26,456 nucleotides of DNA from Sulfolobales archaeon (GTDB lineage Archaea > Thermoproteota > Thermoprotei_A > Sulfolobales > NBVN01). Numbering within the stretch: position 1 is the stretch's first letter; each line of letters opens with the position of its first letter. Below the pieces are notes generated by a model. That model searched no databases, was not told the origin of the DNA, and was given only the letters and a program-made list of their open reading frames with translations. This document shows positions 25,622 to 26,456 of the stretch, piece by piece. Position numbers and translations under genes: made by a program. The DNA lies in contig JAWBTQ010000013.1 in assembly GCA_038841535.1 (NCBI GenBank), forward strand, positions 1-26,456, given 5' to 3'.

Positions 25622-26456
25622 CTGCTGCTACCTGGAACCCTCTAACGTATTCTAGGAAAGAACGAATAGCTTCGCCTATGTACTTATCAGCATAGACGAC
25701 GGATTCGGAAGCCTTATCCAGTAATACTCCAACAATAAGCGGATTTAGGGCTACCAATATGAATAGCAAAGGCAGGAGAGACGCCCAAAGTAAGGGCTCC
25801 TTGAGTTTAGAGGCTTCAGCATCACTAGGTGGTACGCTAAAAACTGTTGACTGAATTACTTTGAAGTACCCTAGTAGGGCTAGTCCTGAAGATATGAATA
25901 AAACAGCAACTAGATCGAAACGACCGGATTCTATAAAGGCTTGATATAGAGCGAACTTACTAAAGAACCCACCGAGTGGGGGTAAACCAACGAGTGAGAG
26001 GCAGGACATAACTATTGACGCTCCCACTACAGGGCTCAGCCTACCGACCGCCTTTAGGTCAGATATGTTCCTAGTCCTAGAGACCTCTATAGCTACTCCT
26101 GCGCTCATGAAGAGAAGCGCCTTACCTACAGCATGAGCGAGTACGTGGTATATTGACGCTCTAACTCCTAAAACGGTCCCAATGGAAAAGCCCGTAAATA
26201 CTAATCCTAAGTGCATTATAGTGCTATAGGCAATAAGCCTCTTAACATCCCTCTGTATTATCATCATTACTGACGCAAAGACTGCTGAGACAGCTCCAAC
26301 GGCAGAAAGAAGGAGCTTGAAGTAAGGAGATAGCTCATAGAATGTGCTGAGCGGGTCGTAAACCCCGAATATGGTGTATAAAAACCTCATCGAGGCGTAT
26401 GCGCCTGCGTTGACTACTAACCCGGATAGAACGGCTGAGATAGGTGTTGGCGCAGC
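25614..26456 (-). CDS. Proton-conducting antiporter-like subunit (MbhH/MrpD/NuoN family), 5' end outside window
   Basis: Frame is open to the window edge (AAPTPISAVLSG...); KRLIAYSTI, HAVGKALLF, GLPPLGGFFSK. Confidence 0.93.
   Translation of the reverse strand, partial: AAPTPISAVLSGLVVNAGAYASMRFLYTIFGVYDPLSTFYELSPYFKLLLSAVGAVSAVFASVMMIIQRDVKRLIAYSTIMHLGLVFTGFSIGTVLGVRASIYHVLAHAVGKALLFMSAGVAIEVSRTRNISDLKAVGRLSPVVGASIVMSCLSLVGLPPLGGFFSKFALYQAFIESGRFDLVAVLFISSGLALLGYFKVIQSTVFSVPPSDAEASKLKEPLLWASLLPLLFILVALNPLIVGVLLDKASESVVYADKYIGEAIRSFLEYVRGFQVAAGG

Noticed and set aside
1-26456. CRISPR arrays, tRNA genes, inteins or BHB introns in protein genes
   Set aside because: No regularly spaced repeats or cloverleafs seen; conserved proteins are of normal length and uninterrupted

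Overview
Mostly housekeeping chromosome from a thermophilic crenarchaeon. Thermoproteota, probably Desulfurococcales-like, is inferred from the alpha-type thermosome, archaeal AlaRS, stand-alone 5S rRNA, TATA/BRE promoters and GGTG(A) ribosome-binding sites. Recognisable genes are trm1, thsA, a beta-CASP/MBL hydrolase, a HAM1/RdgB pyrophosphatase, glmS, a YjbQ protein, 5S rRNA, xerA, an OCD/AlaDH-family enzyme, a COG2426 membrane protein, alaS, DUF434, a DUF357-RibL fusion, dph5, DNA ligase, nep1, yhbY and the 3' end of an Mbh/Mrp-type membrane complex. The most unusual element is a full-length 459-aa protein (7570-8949) that follows the T4/TS2126 RNA ligase 1 motif order but has every catalytic residue replaced, i.e. 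a candidate pseudo-ligase. Intergenic DNA also holds two probable box C/D sRNAs, two transposase-less tnpB 3'-end (omegaRNA-type) relics and an IS200/IS605-like end. The 5S rRNA has a eukaryote-like loop C. All family assignments come from motif reading and recalled family sequences; no database search was run.
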